From a virus (taxonomy: Duplodnaviria; Caudoviricetes), in IMG/VR virus record IMGVR_UViG_3300030207_004738, positions 1-51,258 of that record: a stretch of 51,258 nucleotides of DNA. One strand, written 5' to 3'. The translations under genes and the position numbers were made by a program. Shown one piece after another: positions 36,673 through 46,606 of this stretch. The notes beneath the pieces were generated by a model that was given only the letters and a program-made list of their open reading frames with translations, did no database searches and was not told the DNA's origin. The number at the start of each line of letters is the position of its first letter. Position 1 is the stretch's first letter.

Positions 36673-37613
36673 TATAAATGCTTCCAATCAACTCTACTTT
36701 TTATTATATCAAATAATGGCTTAGCTGTATAATTTAAAGATCTTTTGTAAGCATTATCAATAACGCTAGAAAACTTACTATAATTATTTAATATGTAGCG
36801 TAATTTATCTTCTAGGTCGTTTTTATTTTCATAATAGAGAAACTCTTTATCCGGAAGGAAATAATGTTCAATCAAGTTCCAAGGATCTTTTTTTACTAAA
36901 AGCAAACTCTTGCAGAAAGCCGCCTCAGCAGCTCGACACTTATACTGCGGCATTATTCCGTTAAAAACCCTGTCAAAAGCTTTGTTTTTTTGCCATCCAT
37001 CATAATTCATAACAGAATGGGCTTGTTCTGATTTTACCGGTAATAAATTGCAACATATTGAAACTTTACATTGGGAAATTATATCTATTTTTTGTTTATG
37101 TAATACATTTAAATCTGTGACGCCCGGAAACGGTGATCTCGAGATAAGTCGATAGTCAAACTTAGACATAGCCTCAACAATTTGCTCGTGAAAATTTCCA
37201 TAGACACCGCCGAAGTAACAAACATCATATTTTTTATTGTAGGTCTGAGGGGCGTAATACTCTCCCGGGAATGGGTGAAAAATATAATAATACCTTTTGT
37301 CTCCAAGTATTTCCCTATGCCATTTTATTGTATATGGGCAGATAGTATATATTTTATCAAAGTATTTAACTTGTTCAAAAGCGTTCCTTCCATATTCATC
37401 TTTTGATTGAAACTCGCAAGGAGTAGCTAGGTTTAAATAAATTTTTGAATTGTATCTTGAATATTCTTCAAGCAAGCTTTTATTAGAGGTACTACTGTAA
37501 CCGCAAAATAAAACTTCTTTATCGCTTTGTTTAGAATACTGTTTTAAAGTATCGTAAGAATGGGAGGTAACACTGTCGGGGTAGTCTCCTTGTGTATCAA
37601 ATACAATTTTCAT
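36672..37613 (-). CDS. GT-B glycosyltransferase-like protein
   Basis: YDVCYFG, KCRAAEAAFCKSLLL and YFLPDKEFLYY motifs. Confidence 0.7.
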   Translation of the reverse strand: MKIVFDTQGDYPDSVTSHSYDTLKQYSKQSDKEVLFCGYSSTSNKSLLEEYSRYNSKIYLNLATPCEFQSKDEYGRNAFEQVKYFDKIYTICPYTIKWHREILGDKRYYYIFHPFPGEYYAPQTYNKKYDVCYFGGVYGNFHEQIVEAMSKFDYRLISRSPFPGVTDLNVLHKQKIDIISQCKVSICCNLLPVKSEQAHSVMNYDGWQKNKAFDRVFNGIMPQYKCRAAEAAFCKSLLLVKKDPWNLIEHYFLPDKEFLYYENKNDLEDKLRYILNNYSKFSSVIDNAYKRSLNYTAKPLFDIIKSRVDWKHL

Positions 37614-37614
37614 T

Positions 37615-38502
37615 TTAGATTATTATCCAATCGGATGGGTAGAAAAATGGTTTAAATTGAAAAGACAAATCGTCTGGGCTGTATTGACGTGGAGCTATGA
37701 CAATCTTGTGTTTTGATTTATTTAGATAGGCTGCCCACCAACCAAAAGAACTCCCCGGAGATAATATATTGTGGTCGCAAGACATAATCAAAGAAAAATC
37801 CTCCATTGGGCCATTACCTTCAGAAAAAATAAAGTGGTCATCTTTGAGGTTGTCTTTGCACCAAGAGATGTCTTTGGTGTTATCTTCGTTGCCTCTCTGC
37901 CCTCCTGAGAATATTAAAAATTTTACTTTTTTGTCATTAAAAGTTTTTGAAGCTGAAGAAAAGTATCTGGCCCAATATGAATCTTTTTTTAATGGGCCTT
38001 TGTTGCTTCCGAAAAGATTTTTTGCAGCATCTCTATTATCAATATTTGCAAGATCCCCTCTTCTTATATGAACAGCCACTATCTCATAATTTTTGTGATC
38101 TCGTTTTATTTTTTCAATAGACTCTTGTGCGGGAAGTAACAAGTTATCTTTCGGGGTAAGCTCTTCTTTTATTTGATTGCTAAATTTTTCAAAATAAAAT
38201 AGGCTCTGAAAATATCCTTGCAAGTTAGTGTTATCCGGCGTAGAGAAAAAATTATTGTCTATCTGGTGAGGATCCTTCTCTATATATGAGTATTGAAGGT
38301 CTTTGAGGTCCGATTGATCTAGATAAGGCGAATTAATGTTAAAATCATCTAAAAAGCATTTTTGGCCATGCCACTCTTTTAAGGAGGGGTTAGGGATTTT
38401 AACCTCATAACCATTCTCAAGGCCAAGGCTTTTTAAGGCGGCGTACTGAAATAGTTGATTGCCTAATCTTCCAAAAGAGCCAAGTTCTAAAAATGTAATC
38501 AT
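37615..38502 (-). CDS. alpha-1,2-fucosyltransferase (GT11)
   Basis: GRLGNQLFQYA, GYFQS, HIRRGD and SSFGWWAAYL motifs. Confidence 0.92.
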   Translation of the reverse strand: MITFLELGSFGRLGNQLFQYAALKSLGLENGYEVKIPNPSLKEWHGQKCFLDDFNINSPYLDQSDLKDLQYSYIEKDPHQIDNNFFSTPDNTNLQGYFQSLFYFEKFSNQIKEELTPKDNLLLPAQESIEKIKRDHKNYEIVAVHIRRGDLANIDNRDAAKNLFGSNKGPLKKDSYWARYFSSASKTFNDKKVKFLIFSGGQRGNEDNTKDISWCKDNLKDDHFIFSEGNGPMEDFSLIMSCDHNILSPGSSFGWWAAYLNKSKHKIVIAPRQYSPDDLSFQFKPFFYPSDWIII

Positions 38503-39245
38503 ACTGAAAATATTATATCTCTTAGATTATTTAAATTAATATCGCCACCTATTTTTTCTAAAAGTGAATAGTTTATGTAAACGTAATCATAATGAGAGTC
38601 GCGATATAAATTAAATTTATTGTTTTTCATGAACTCCTCTATCTCAGAGACTTTTTGTTCGTTTTCATATTGACCGTCAGTGCGGACCTCCATTTTAATA
38701 AACAGGACTTTATCCAAGTAGTCTCTAGTGCTTTTTATTACGTCTAGGTCTTTTCCTTGCGCATCGCTTTTTAGTAAGGTGATGTATGGAAACCGTGAAG
38801 TATTCTCGTAAAATTCATCTAAAATTTGTTTTAATGAGTTTACTTTAGCCTGATGTACTTTTTTAACATCTAACCTTAATTTTTCAGTGGGTTTTAGGAG
38901 ACTTGAACATCCAGTATTCCTTTCGTCTGTCATATAGAAAGGAGCGGTAGTAGGTGAATCAACGTTATCTATAGCGCATTCAATTAAATGAAATCGATTT
39001 TCTATTTTGCAGACAGGGTCGCCTTTTAGTAAAACGTGATCATTATCTAAACATAAATAAGGAAGATGAAAATCAGAAGACCTGCCTTTGCGTAAAACTG
39101 AAATATTTTCTGGGCTAGGCTCTACACCTATCACAAAAGATTTTTCATCTTTTAAGAGCCAAGATGCCGAGTTTGGGGCGTCAATAGCTAAACCAACATC
39201 AACAAATAACCTTTCGCATTCTTGGGGTACGTTTATGTTCATCAT
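38499..39245 (-). CDS. FkbM-like SAM methyltransferase
   Basis: VDVG, GVEP, GCSSLL and LLKSDAQGKD motifs. Confidence 0.75.
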   Translation of the reverse strand: MMNINVPQECERLFVDVGLAIDAPNSASWLLKDEKSFVIGVEPSPENISVLRKGRSSDFHLPYLCLDNDHVLLKGDPVCKIENRFHLIECAIDNVDSPTTAPFYMTDERNTGCSSLLKPTEKLRLDVKKVHQAKVNSLKQILDEFYENTSRFPYITLLKSDAQGKDLDVIKSTRDYLDKVLFIKMEVRTDGQYENEQKVSEIEEFMKNNKFNLYRDSHYDYVYINYSLLEKIGGDINLNNLRDIIFSV

Positions 39246-39820
39246 AATAATGCAGGTTTTGATATTACCCAGCTTTGTTGGTCTCCATCGAATTCATCAA
39301 TGCTGCCCGTTAGTGATTCCCAAGCGTTTCCTACCTTTCCAGTCAAAAAGAAAGAAAGATTTCTTTCCTGAACAAACTGAGAGACAGCCAGTACCACACC
39401 ATTCCATTCGATAGCATTAAAATCGTGACCGGCCATAAAGCCTCCTATTCTGAGTTTTGGCCACCAAGCATCCATGTCTTGCTTTACTGAAATATAGTCA
39501 TGCATCCCGTCTATGTAAACGAAATCTAAACTTTCATCTTCAAACGGTTTAGATTCTTCTGGACTGCAACCTTTTATCATTTTGTTTCGGTCTCCGTATG
39601 GCGCTAATCGTTCTTTGCATTCTTTATAAACGTTTTGTGAATCTGAAAGTACAGGATTGTCTTCCCATGGGTCGATTGAAAAGAGTTTCATCTTGGTGTG
39701 GTCAAGTATATACTTACTGAACCAGCCTTTGCAGACGCCTACTTCTACTGCGGTTTTAAATTCAGGTTGATTTAAACTTTCTACTAATGTTCTTCTAGTG
39801 TTTAAGTTAATATTATCCAT
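39242..39820 (-). CDS. class I SAM methyltransferase (Methyltransf_24-like)
   Basis: VEVGVCKG, IDPW, DFVYIDGMH and GGFMAGHD motifs. Confidence 0.88.
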   Translation of the reverse strand: MDNINLNTRRTLVESLNQPEFKTAVEVGVCKGWFSKYILDHTKMKLFSIDPWEDNPVLSDSQNVYKECKERLAPYGDRNKMIKGCSPEESKPFEDESLDFVYIDGMHDYISVKQDMDAWWPKLRIGGFMAGHDFNAIEWNGVVLAVSQFVQERNLSFFLTGKVGNAWESLTGSIDEFDGDQQSWVISKPALL

Positions 39821-40428
39821 TATATTTTTTTAAATAAATTAAAAGTTCTTAAGTCTCTATAAGGTGGATCTTCTATTTGATCTTCAGCATGCTTGGGGTA
39901 GGCCATCAGTAGTGTCAAACCTCTAGCTGCTTGTTCAGGCGTCATGTACATGTTCCAACCCCCGTCGCCCAAGTCGTCATCTTGAAAAGGCACACCTATG
40001 GTGCGACCTTCGTATCTTAGTTTTTTTATAGCCTCTACTGCTTTTTTGTCATCCGTGAGTATCATCCCTCCTTTGCCTATCTTTAATGGCTTCTTGTGAT
40101 GAAAAGATAAACACATATAAGAACCGGGTATATACATACCGGATGTAAGGCGTTTAGCGGCGTCGTAAATGGGAAACGGTTTTAACTGATATATTCCACT
40201 CCATTCAATGTCTTCAAATTCTAAATGAGCTCCTGCTTGTAGGATGGATTGTGGGGGAGAGACGTATGTGCGAGATGGTATAGTTACGGTAGACCCTTGA
40301 ACCTCGCAATATTTACAGCAAAGAAAAATAGCATCAGTGCAGCTATCACAAGCGATAGCGTAAGGAGCACCTGTGTATTCAGCTATAGCTTCTTCAAACC
40401 ATTCAACTATTTTAAAAGGGTTTCTCAT
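39820..40428 (-). CDS. short DegT/DnrJ-family sugar aminotransferase
   Basis: FEEAIAEYTGAPYA...SCTDA, DAA and SFHHKKPLKIGKGG motifs; only 202 aa. Confidence 0.8.
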   Translation of the reverse strand: MRNPFKIVEWFEEAIAEYTGAPYAIACDSCTDAIFLCCKYCEVQGSTVTIPSRTYVSPPQSILQAGAHLEFEDIEWSGIYQLKPFPIYDAAKRLTSGMYIPGSYMCLSFHHKKPLKIGKGGMILTDDKKAVEAIKKLRYEGRTIGVPFQDDDLGDGGWNMYMTPEQAARGLTLLMAYPKHAEDQIEDPPYRDLRTFNLFKKI

Positions 40429-40808
40429 TTCTCTAGTATGTAGTATTTCTTTTTAAAACCACAACTTTCAAATAATTTCCTGCTAGCCTCATTGTCGATC
40501 TTTACCTTGGCAAAAGAATCCGGAAACTTTTTTATAAAGCCTTGTACCATAAATTTTCCTACGCCTTTATTTTGATGGGATTTTCTTGTAGCTAGCCTTA
40601 TGTCATTATTTACATGGCCAATAAAACCAATCACTTTTTCATCTTCTACGCATAGTAAATAATTTTTAAAGTTCTCAAACATATAACGATGGTGGGTGGC
40701 TACAGGGATCAGGCTAGAGTCGCCAAAGCCGTGCCTGTTTTCGTTTCTTATGTGGAGAATTGAATACCAATGATCCCCGGGCAAGTTGCTGCATTCTATT
40801 AATTCCAT
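40425..40808 (-). CDS. GNAT acetyltransferase
   Basis: HQNKGVG and NEASRKLFESCGF motifs; probable start MELIEC at 40808. Confidence 0.8.
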   Translation of the reverse strand: MELIECSNLPGDHWYSILHIRNENRHGFGDSSLIPVATHHRYMFENFKNYLLCVEDEKVIGFIGHVNNDIRLATRKSHQNKGVGKFMVQGFIKKFPDSFAKVKIDNEASRKLFESCGFKKKYYILEK

Positions 40809-41608
40809 ACGTCCTCCTCGTGCAATACTGGATGGTCTACGTTTCCCCAGTAGGCCAGTAAGTATACCCTGCTCGATTTCCACCCTTCTAATTGAAGGAG
40901 AGGTCCAAGCGATGACCCAATATCCATATATTGATTATCATCATGTTTTCTAAATAAGTCGTAGCATAAAAAATTACTAAGCGTAGCGGCAGAGAAAAGA
41001 AAAAGATGATCTTTAGTATTATTGTCTTCTATCCAAGCGCTAACTTTTTCTGGTAAGTCAAAGTCATTTACCATACAGTTAGTGCCTATTGGAAAAAACT
41101 TTTTCACTTTAAATGGGAGCTTATCCAACTTTGAATTTTCATTAGCAACAAGCACCACATCTCTTTGGCTAAATAACGGGAGCATTTCCTTTATAAAAAG
41201 ATGATAGTTACCGTTTATCATAACGTTAGCAAAAGATAAGTTTTCGTGGTCTTGATCTCCGTGTAATCTTGTGCAGAATTCCCACGATGCGCCTCCGTCT
41301 AGACTGTTCTGTCCGGGTATACCCTTTATGTAATTACGCTTTTTAAACTTAAAAGCTTCTGTAAGTTTTTCGTATTCTCGTTTATTATGAAAGGGGATAA
41401 AGCTTTTTTGCTCTTCGGGCATATAGCTATTAGCGTAAACTTTTTTTTCTCCATGAATGTCGTGCTGTATGAAATGGTCTCCAGCTATAACAACTTGCTT
41501 GTTACGTAAGACGGTTACTTCCCCGTCAGAGAAACGAGAAAAAGCAAACGGATCACGAGCTTTAACTAGGTTTAAAAGTTTGTAAAATTCCTCTTTATAA
41601 TTTTTCAT
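40799..41608 (-). CDS. GT-D/DUF1792-like glycosyltransferase
   Basis: FSRFSDGE near the N-terminus and DIGS near the C-terminus. Confidence 0.65.
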   Translation of the reverse strand: MKNYKEEFYKLLNLVKARDPFAFSRFSDGEVTVLRNKQVVIAGDHFIQHDIHGEKKVYANSYMPEEQKSFIPFHNKREYEKLTEAFKFKKRNYIKGIPGQNSLDGGASWEFCTRLHGDQDHENLSFANVMINGNYHLFIKEMLPLFSQRDVVLVANENSKLDKLPFKVKKFFPIGTNCMVNDFDLPEKVSAWIEDNNTKDHLFLFSAATLSNFLCYDLFRKHDDNQYMDIGSSLGPLLQLEGWKSSRVYLLAYWGNVDHPVLHEEDVWN

Positions 41609-42768
41609 TTGTTGAGGTAGTAGTTTAAGCCTTTGGTTTTAATATTATTCTGGGCTATATATCCAAAGTTTCCTATTTTATAATGGATTTCTCTAGAGTT
41701 AAAATTATTTTCTTTGAAAACGCTACCAAGGCCTCCTATTGATATAGACTCTAAGGTTAGCTCTCCTGTGAGAATTTTTATCCATGTAAGTTCATCAGCA
41801 ACATAATAAACACATTCTTTTTTTTGTCTTTCAGGGGGAGACGTTTGAAAAAAAACATTTTCATTTTTGCAATACCTTCTAGCTAAATTTTGATACTCTA
41901 GAAAACAAGAATCAAAAATAGTAGAATTGAAAAAATCAAAAGGTTCATGTTTTTTATATTCTGAATTATTAAAATAATCTTTAGGGTTAAGCTGCTGGGT
42001 GCTAGGCTCCATTTTTCTTTGTATAAGATCATAAGGAGTTTTTGATATATTCCTAGCATGTGGCTTGTTGAGTTTAGATTGGTTGGCGTAAGCGTAAGCT
42101 CTATCAAGCCCTAGCCTTTTCGAGTTAGATTTAATTGCCTTGTTGAAACCCTCTGCTCGTTCAGAAATAATATTCAAGCATTCTTCATCGCTTAGATTAG
42201 GATAGTTCCAAGGGTAACAATCAGCTATCCCGCACTGCGTAAGAAAAATACTTTTTTCTTTTGGGGTTTTATCTATTAATACTTTTATTTTCGATATGAG
42301 GTTATCTGTATACTCGTGCCAATTATCATTCGCATGAATACATAAATTGCCTTCTGTCCTAATTGCGATTATGCCATCAGCGTCTGTGTAGTCTTCTTGG
42401 ATAAAAGCAGATAGATTAAAGCCGTTCAAGTTTATCTCTTCTTCACCGATTTCAATTAAGTCTCCTGAAATTAATTTCCTTAGTCTGTTTCTAGTACCCG
42501 GAGATTTATATTTAGGAACAATAAAATTACTTTCTCGTAAGTGAGAAGATATAAAAAACTCATCCAAGTGGTCATCGTGGCCATGGGATACAGCAACTAA
42601 AAGATCTTCTGAGGGTATAGATATAATTTTTTTTATTAACTCAGTTAGTGGGTAGGGGTTTTGAGTCCATCCACCAAACGCGGGAGAAATAACCCAAGGA
42701 TCAGTTAGCATGTATTTCCCATCATTCTCGATTAAAAGAGACGCGTGATTAATATGTTGTATCTTCAT
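41605..42768 (-). CDS. metallo-beta-lactamase-fold protein (UlaG/CMAH-like)
   Basis: HINHAS, LTDPW and SHGHDDH motifs. Confidence 0.8.
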   Translation of the reverse strand: MKIQHINHASLLIENDGKYMLTDPWVISPAFGGWTQNPYPLTELIKKIISIPSEDLLVAVSHGHDDHLDEFFISSHLRESNFIVPKYKSPGTRNRLRKLISGDLIEIGEEEINLNGFNLSAFIQEDYTDADGIIAIRTEGNLCIHANDNWHEYTDNLISKIKVLIDKTPKEKSIFLTQCGIADCYPWNYPNLSDEECLNIISERAEGFNKAIKSNSKRLGLDRAYAYANQSKLNKPHARNISKTPYDLIQRKMEPSTQQLNPKDYFNNSEYKKHEPFDFFNSTIFDSCFLEYQNLARRYCKNENVFFQTSPPERQKKECVYYVADELTWIKILTGELTLESISIGGLGSVFKENNFNSREIHYKIGNFGYIAQNNIKTKGLNYYLNK

Positions 42769-43681
42769 TTAAAAAATCCAAGTAAAGACCGTTATTATAT
42801 TTGGGTTTCCATCCTGTAGCTTCGGTAATTTTGGATATGTTAACAGAGTACCTAATGTCTTGCCCCCATCTATCTTCTACGAATTTTATATACTCATCGC
42901 CTACTGATAGGTCTGTGAATCCTTTTATGAACCTTATAACTGATCTCGCTGCGTCTATATTAGTAAGGTAATTATTTGCAGATACGTTAAAGCAGTCATT
43001 TTTAATGCCTGCGTCTATAATGCTAAAGATTCCTTCAATATTGTCTTTGACGTATGTCCAGTCTCTTATGTAAGAACCATCTCCGTGGATTGGTATTTTT
43101 TCTCCTTCTCTTACGCATGTAACGCATTTAGAAATCAATTTTTCTTCGTATTGTCTGGCGCCATAATTATTTCCGCTACGAGTCATAACATAGTCTATAC
43201 CGTATGTTCTATGATATGAATTTATCAACATCTCTGAGCAAACTTTTGTAGCAGAGTACGGGTTGCTGGGATTGAGTTTATCAGCCTCTTTGAAAGAACC
43301 TTCTAATGTATCTCCGTAAACTTCATCAGTGCTTATATGAAAAAATAGGGGACGTTTATATTTAGGAGTGACTCTAACTAACTCAAGCAAATTGTGGACT
43401 CCGTTAACATTGGATTCTATAAAAGGAGCGCAGTTTGTTATAGAGTTGTCTACATGGCTTTCCGCAGCAAAGTTAATTAAAATATCACAAGTAGGTATAT
43501 GCCTTATGCTCGCAATATTTCCGTGCGTTAAAGAGTAGTTACTGTGCCGGTCCCAAGGCAAACGGCGATGAGAGGCATAGCCCATCTTGTCTATGTCGTG
43601 TATTTTGCAGCCTCTTTTTAAAGCTTCTTCAACGAAGTGGCTACCAATGAACCCTCTACCTCCTGTAACTGTTACCTTCAT
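42749..43681 (-). CDS. rmlB: dTDP-glucose 4,6-dehydratase
   Basis: VTGGRGFIGS, FAAESHVD, HISTDEVYG, PYSATK, NNYG and IRDW motifs. Confidence 0.9.
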   Translation of the reverse strand: MKVTVTGGRGFIGSHFVEEALKRGCKIHDIDKMGYASHRRLPWDRHSNYSLTHGNIASIRHIPTCDILINFAAESHVDNSITNCAPFIESNVNGVHNLLELVRVTPKYKRPLFFHISTDEVYGDTLEGSFKEADKLNPSNPYSATKVCSEMLINSYHRTYGIDYVMTRSGNNYGARQYEEKLISKCVTCVREGEKIPIHGDGSYIRDWTYVKDNIEGIFSIIDAGIKNDCFNVSANNYLTNIDAARSVIRFIKGFTDLSVGDEYIKFVEDRWGQDIRYSVNISKITEATGWKPKYNNGLYLDFLNEDTTY

Positions 43682-44685
43682 AGTACTTGTAATATTTTTT
43701 CGGCCGCTTTGCCGTCTCCGAAGGGGCATTCGCCTTCGGGCTTATAATCGTTTACTATATTATTAAATATTTTTGGCAAGTCTCCTATTTTTTTACATAA
43801 ATAATGAAAAGATTCTAAAGCTTCCGGCCTCTCTGTCGTTTCTCGGCAAATGATAACTCTCTTTTTTAAAAAAGAAGCTTCTTCTTGGACTCCTCCGCTA
43901 TCGCTTATTAAAAACCTACATTTAGAAATCCTGTCTATAAAAGACTTATGACTCATGGGGTCTATGATAGACGTATTGGTAAGCGCTCTTTTGAAGACGC
44001 ATCTTGAGTTAGGATTTGGATGAGCTACAAGAATAAAATTTAACTTAGGGTTTTGTTCGGCTAAATCTTCTATTTGGCTGTACCAAAAAGGGATAAACTT
44101 ATGATTTTCTCTCCGGTGCAGTGTTATTAAAACATCATTGTTGTAGCTGATCGAAACATCTTTCAAATGATCGAGCACTGTGTTGCCTACCACGTGCATC
44201 TCCGCTTCAGTTATACTCTCTTTCAAAAGGCTGCGGAAATTGTAATATGTTGCACATAAATGTATATCGGTTATTCTGGATATACATTGTCTATACGCCT
44301 CTTCTGGGAAAGGGTGGCTCTTATCGCCTGTTCTTAATCCGGCCTCTAGGTGTATAACTTTTATACCTTTATTAAATGCCGCGAAAGCGCAAGCAAAAGC
44401 CGAAGCAGTATCCCCTTGCACTAGAACATGGGTAAATCCATCGCTTAAAATTTGATCAAATGCATAAGATCCAGTAATGTTGGCTACCATAGAGTTAAGC
44501 CTATTTGGAGCGCAGGCATTCATCTCTAAGGAATATGTAGGTTTAACGGAGGCTTGTACTATATCTTTGTGCTGACCTGTGAATAAGGTTTTTATATCAT
44601 GGAACTGCGAAAGGTCATGAAGGATTATTGGTTCTATTTTTATATATTCCGGTCTGGTGCCGTAGCATATTAGAATTTTCTTCAT
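43678..44685 (-). CDS. wecB: UDP-N-acetylglucosamine 2-epimerase
   Basis: GTRPEYIK, TGQH, QGDT, HLEAGLR, PFPEE, TLHRRE, SDSGGVQEE and PFGDG motifs. Confidence 0.93.
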   Translation of the reverse strand: MKKILICYGTRPEYIKIEPIILHDLSQFHDIKTLFTGQHKDIVQASVKPTYSLEMNACAPNRLNSMVANITGSYAFDQILSDGFTHVLVQGDTASAFACAFAAFNKGIKVIHLEAGLRTGDKSHPFPEEAYRQCISRITDIHLCATYYNFRSLLKESITEAEMHVVGNTVLDHLKDVSISYNNDVLITLHRRENHKFIPFWYSQIEDLAEQNPKLNFILVAHPNPNSRCVFKRALTNTSIIDPMSHKSFIDRISKCRFLISDSGGVQEEASFLKKRVIICRETTERPEALESFHYLCKKIGDLPKIFNNIVNDYKPEGECPFGDGKAAEKILQVL

Positions 44686-45413
44686 CCTTTTATTAGCTTA
44701 AATCCTTTTTTGATTGTGGATTGAAGAGAATTACCAAAATGAGATCCATGATAATTTACTGATATGGCATTTTTATCAACTCCATACTGGTACGCTAAGT
44801 TGGGATTAGATCCCCACATGTCCTGATTGTTTGCGGGATGAGGAGGGACATATGTGTTTAGGTTAAGGTATTTTTGTATGGAATAAGAAAAGTGCATATC
44901 TTCACCGCATATCCTGCTTTCTGGAACAGGGGCCTCTCTCCAGAAAGTTCCAAGCCACTCTCTTTTGAAAAACCAACTATGCCCAACTATGTCAACTTGA
45001 GTAGTTACTTCGTTAGGATTTGACCAGCCCCACCTGTCGTAACTTATATAATTTTCGTCATTGAAAATAACTCCTATAGTCCCAAGTAAGCCTTCGTGAG
45101 TTTTAATAGTATCTAAACAGTTTTCAAGCCACTTTCTTCCGGGTATAGTATCGTCGTCAAAAACGCAAACATACTCCGTTGTTGCATTAAGTGCGTATGC
45201 AAATCGCGCCCAAACTCCAAAGTTCGCATTGCTTGTAGTTACTACACAATTAGATAGCAGAGAGTAATCAAAGTTCTCGTCAGAATCTTTGTTCTGCCAG
45301 AACATGACCATGTCCGGGCTAACCGTCTGAGCCTTGAGTGATTGTATTTGGGCTTCAAGCGTATGCGGGCGCCTGTATCCATTAAGGACTACTGTTATTT
45401 TACCGTCTGACAT
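44682..45413 (-). CDS. GT-A (GT2-like) glycosyltransferase
   Basis: VFDDD and GEDMHFS motifs. Confidence 0.75.
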   Translation of the reverse strand: MSDGKITVVLNGYRRPHTLEAQIQSLKAQTVSPDMVMFWQNKDSDENFDYSLLSNCVVTTSNANFGVWARFAYALNATTEYVCVFDDDTIPGRKWLENCLDTIKTHEGLLGTIGVIFNDENYISYDRWGWSNPNEVTTQVDIVGHSWFFKREWLGTFWREAPVPESRICGEDMHFSYSIQKYLNLNTYVPPHPANNQDMWGSNPNLAYQYGVDKNAISVNYHGSHFGNSLQSTIKKGFKLIKG

Positions 45414-46251
45414 TTCTTATTAATTCTAGTAGGTCTTCTTTTTTGTTTCTCATAGTATTTATCAGAGATAAGCCGTTCCTGTCGTACCAAGGCTCGTACG
45501 AAGCCCCGATTAATTCATTAGTAATAACTTTAAGTCCTAGCATTTTAGCTTCCAAGACAAGCCTGCAACATGTCTCTGGTGTAGATGGGTGGAAGGCTAA
45601 AGAAGAATACATTGACAGAAGCTTTAGAAAAGATTCGTAATCTGGATCTTTTATAGTATCAAAGGGTATATTATTTTGCCTGCAATACTCCTGTGATTGC
45701 TTAGTTCCTTTTTGCGGATAGGGAGAGTCCACTACTGCACATTTGTCAATAGCTCTTGGGTCATTGCCTAACTTTTCAAGCAAGTTTAAATGACTCTCAG
45801 ACCATAGATTGCCAGAAAAATTAATAGTCTTTTCAGGTTCTCCTATATTCCTGTCATAAATATCTTTCTGGAATCCTGTCTGACATACTACAGCCGCCGC
45901 TTTCTTGTGGAAATCGACATTGATTAGTTCATTTGGAGGGACTACAAAATTAGGATATAAAGCTGGGTTTGTGTGATGGACAAACTTGTAGTCATGGCAA
46001 TACAGGATGTATTTGCAATTTTCCTGTATATATTGCTTTAAGGAAGGCTCAATACCAAAGAAGTTGGATATTATAAAAAAAGAATCGAGGTTCTCTTGGA
46101 TGAACCCCGGATACAAGTAGCGACTTTTAATTTTTTGTACGTCGTAGTGCTTATTTAAAGTAACAAAAATTTCTTCGTCATTTAAAGCTGCTCCGCCTAC
46201 AAAATCATCGATAAAAAAATCACTTATTAATATGATCTTGTCATTCAACAC
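45400..46251 (-). CDS. glycosyltransferase-like protein (GT-B)
   Basis: GGA, KG and PETCCRLVLEAKMLG motifs. Confidence 0.65.
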   Translation of the reverse strand: MLNDKIILISDFFIDDFVGGAALNDEEIFVTLNKHYDVQKIKSRYLYPGFIQENLDSFFIISNFFGIEPSLKQYIQENCKYILYCHDYKFVHHTNPALYPNFVVPPNELINVDFHKKAAAVVCQTGFQKDIYDRNIGEPEKTINFSGNLWSESHLNLLEKLGNDPRAIDKCAVVDSPYPQKGTKQSQEYCRQNNIPFDTIKDPDYESFLKLLSMYSSLAFHPSTPETCCRLVLEAKMLGLKVITNELIGASYEPWYDRNGLSLINTMRNKKEDLLELIRNVRR

Positions 46252-46606
46252 TAAAATGCTTTGAGTTTAACTTCCTTGAAGGATCGTCTTTATGTTTGGC
46301 TCCTTGCCTTTTTTCCGCGTAATCTTTGTAGTATTGCTTTTTAACTGGATCTTCTCCGTGTCTTTCAGCTCTTTTCGCAGAAGCTTCGGCTGACTGATCC
46401 CATAAGTCGCCAATCGTACCTTTAGCTTTTTCTCTGAAATCTTTAGCTGAATGCGGGTCTATTTGGGTGTCTATAGAGGTATTTGGAATTGTGTATACTC
46501 TATCGTAGGCAACTCCATCAATTTCGTAAACGTGTTCCTCGTGAATACTTTGAAGCACGATTATTTGCTCTCCGGTTTCAGGGTGTTCGTAAATATATTC
46601 AGGCAT
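46241..46606 (-). CDS. FmdB-like zinc-ribbon family protein without cysteines
   Basis: MPEYIYEHPETGE parallels MPxYxYxCxxCG. Confidence 0.5.
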   Translation of the reverse strand: MPEYIYEHPETGEQIIVLQSIHEEHVYEIDGVAYDRVYTIPNTSIDTQIDPHSAKDFREKAKGTIGDLWDQSAEASAKRAERHGEDPVKKQYYKDYAEKRQGAKHKDDPSRKLNSKHFSVE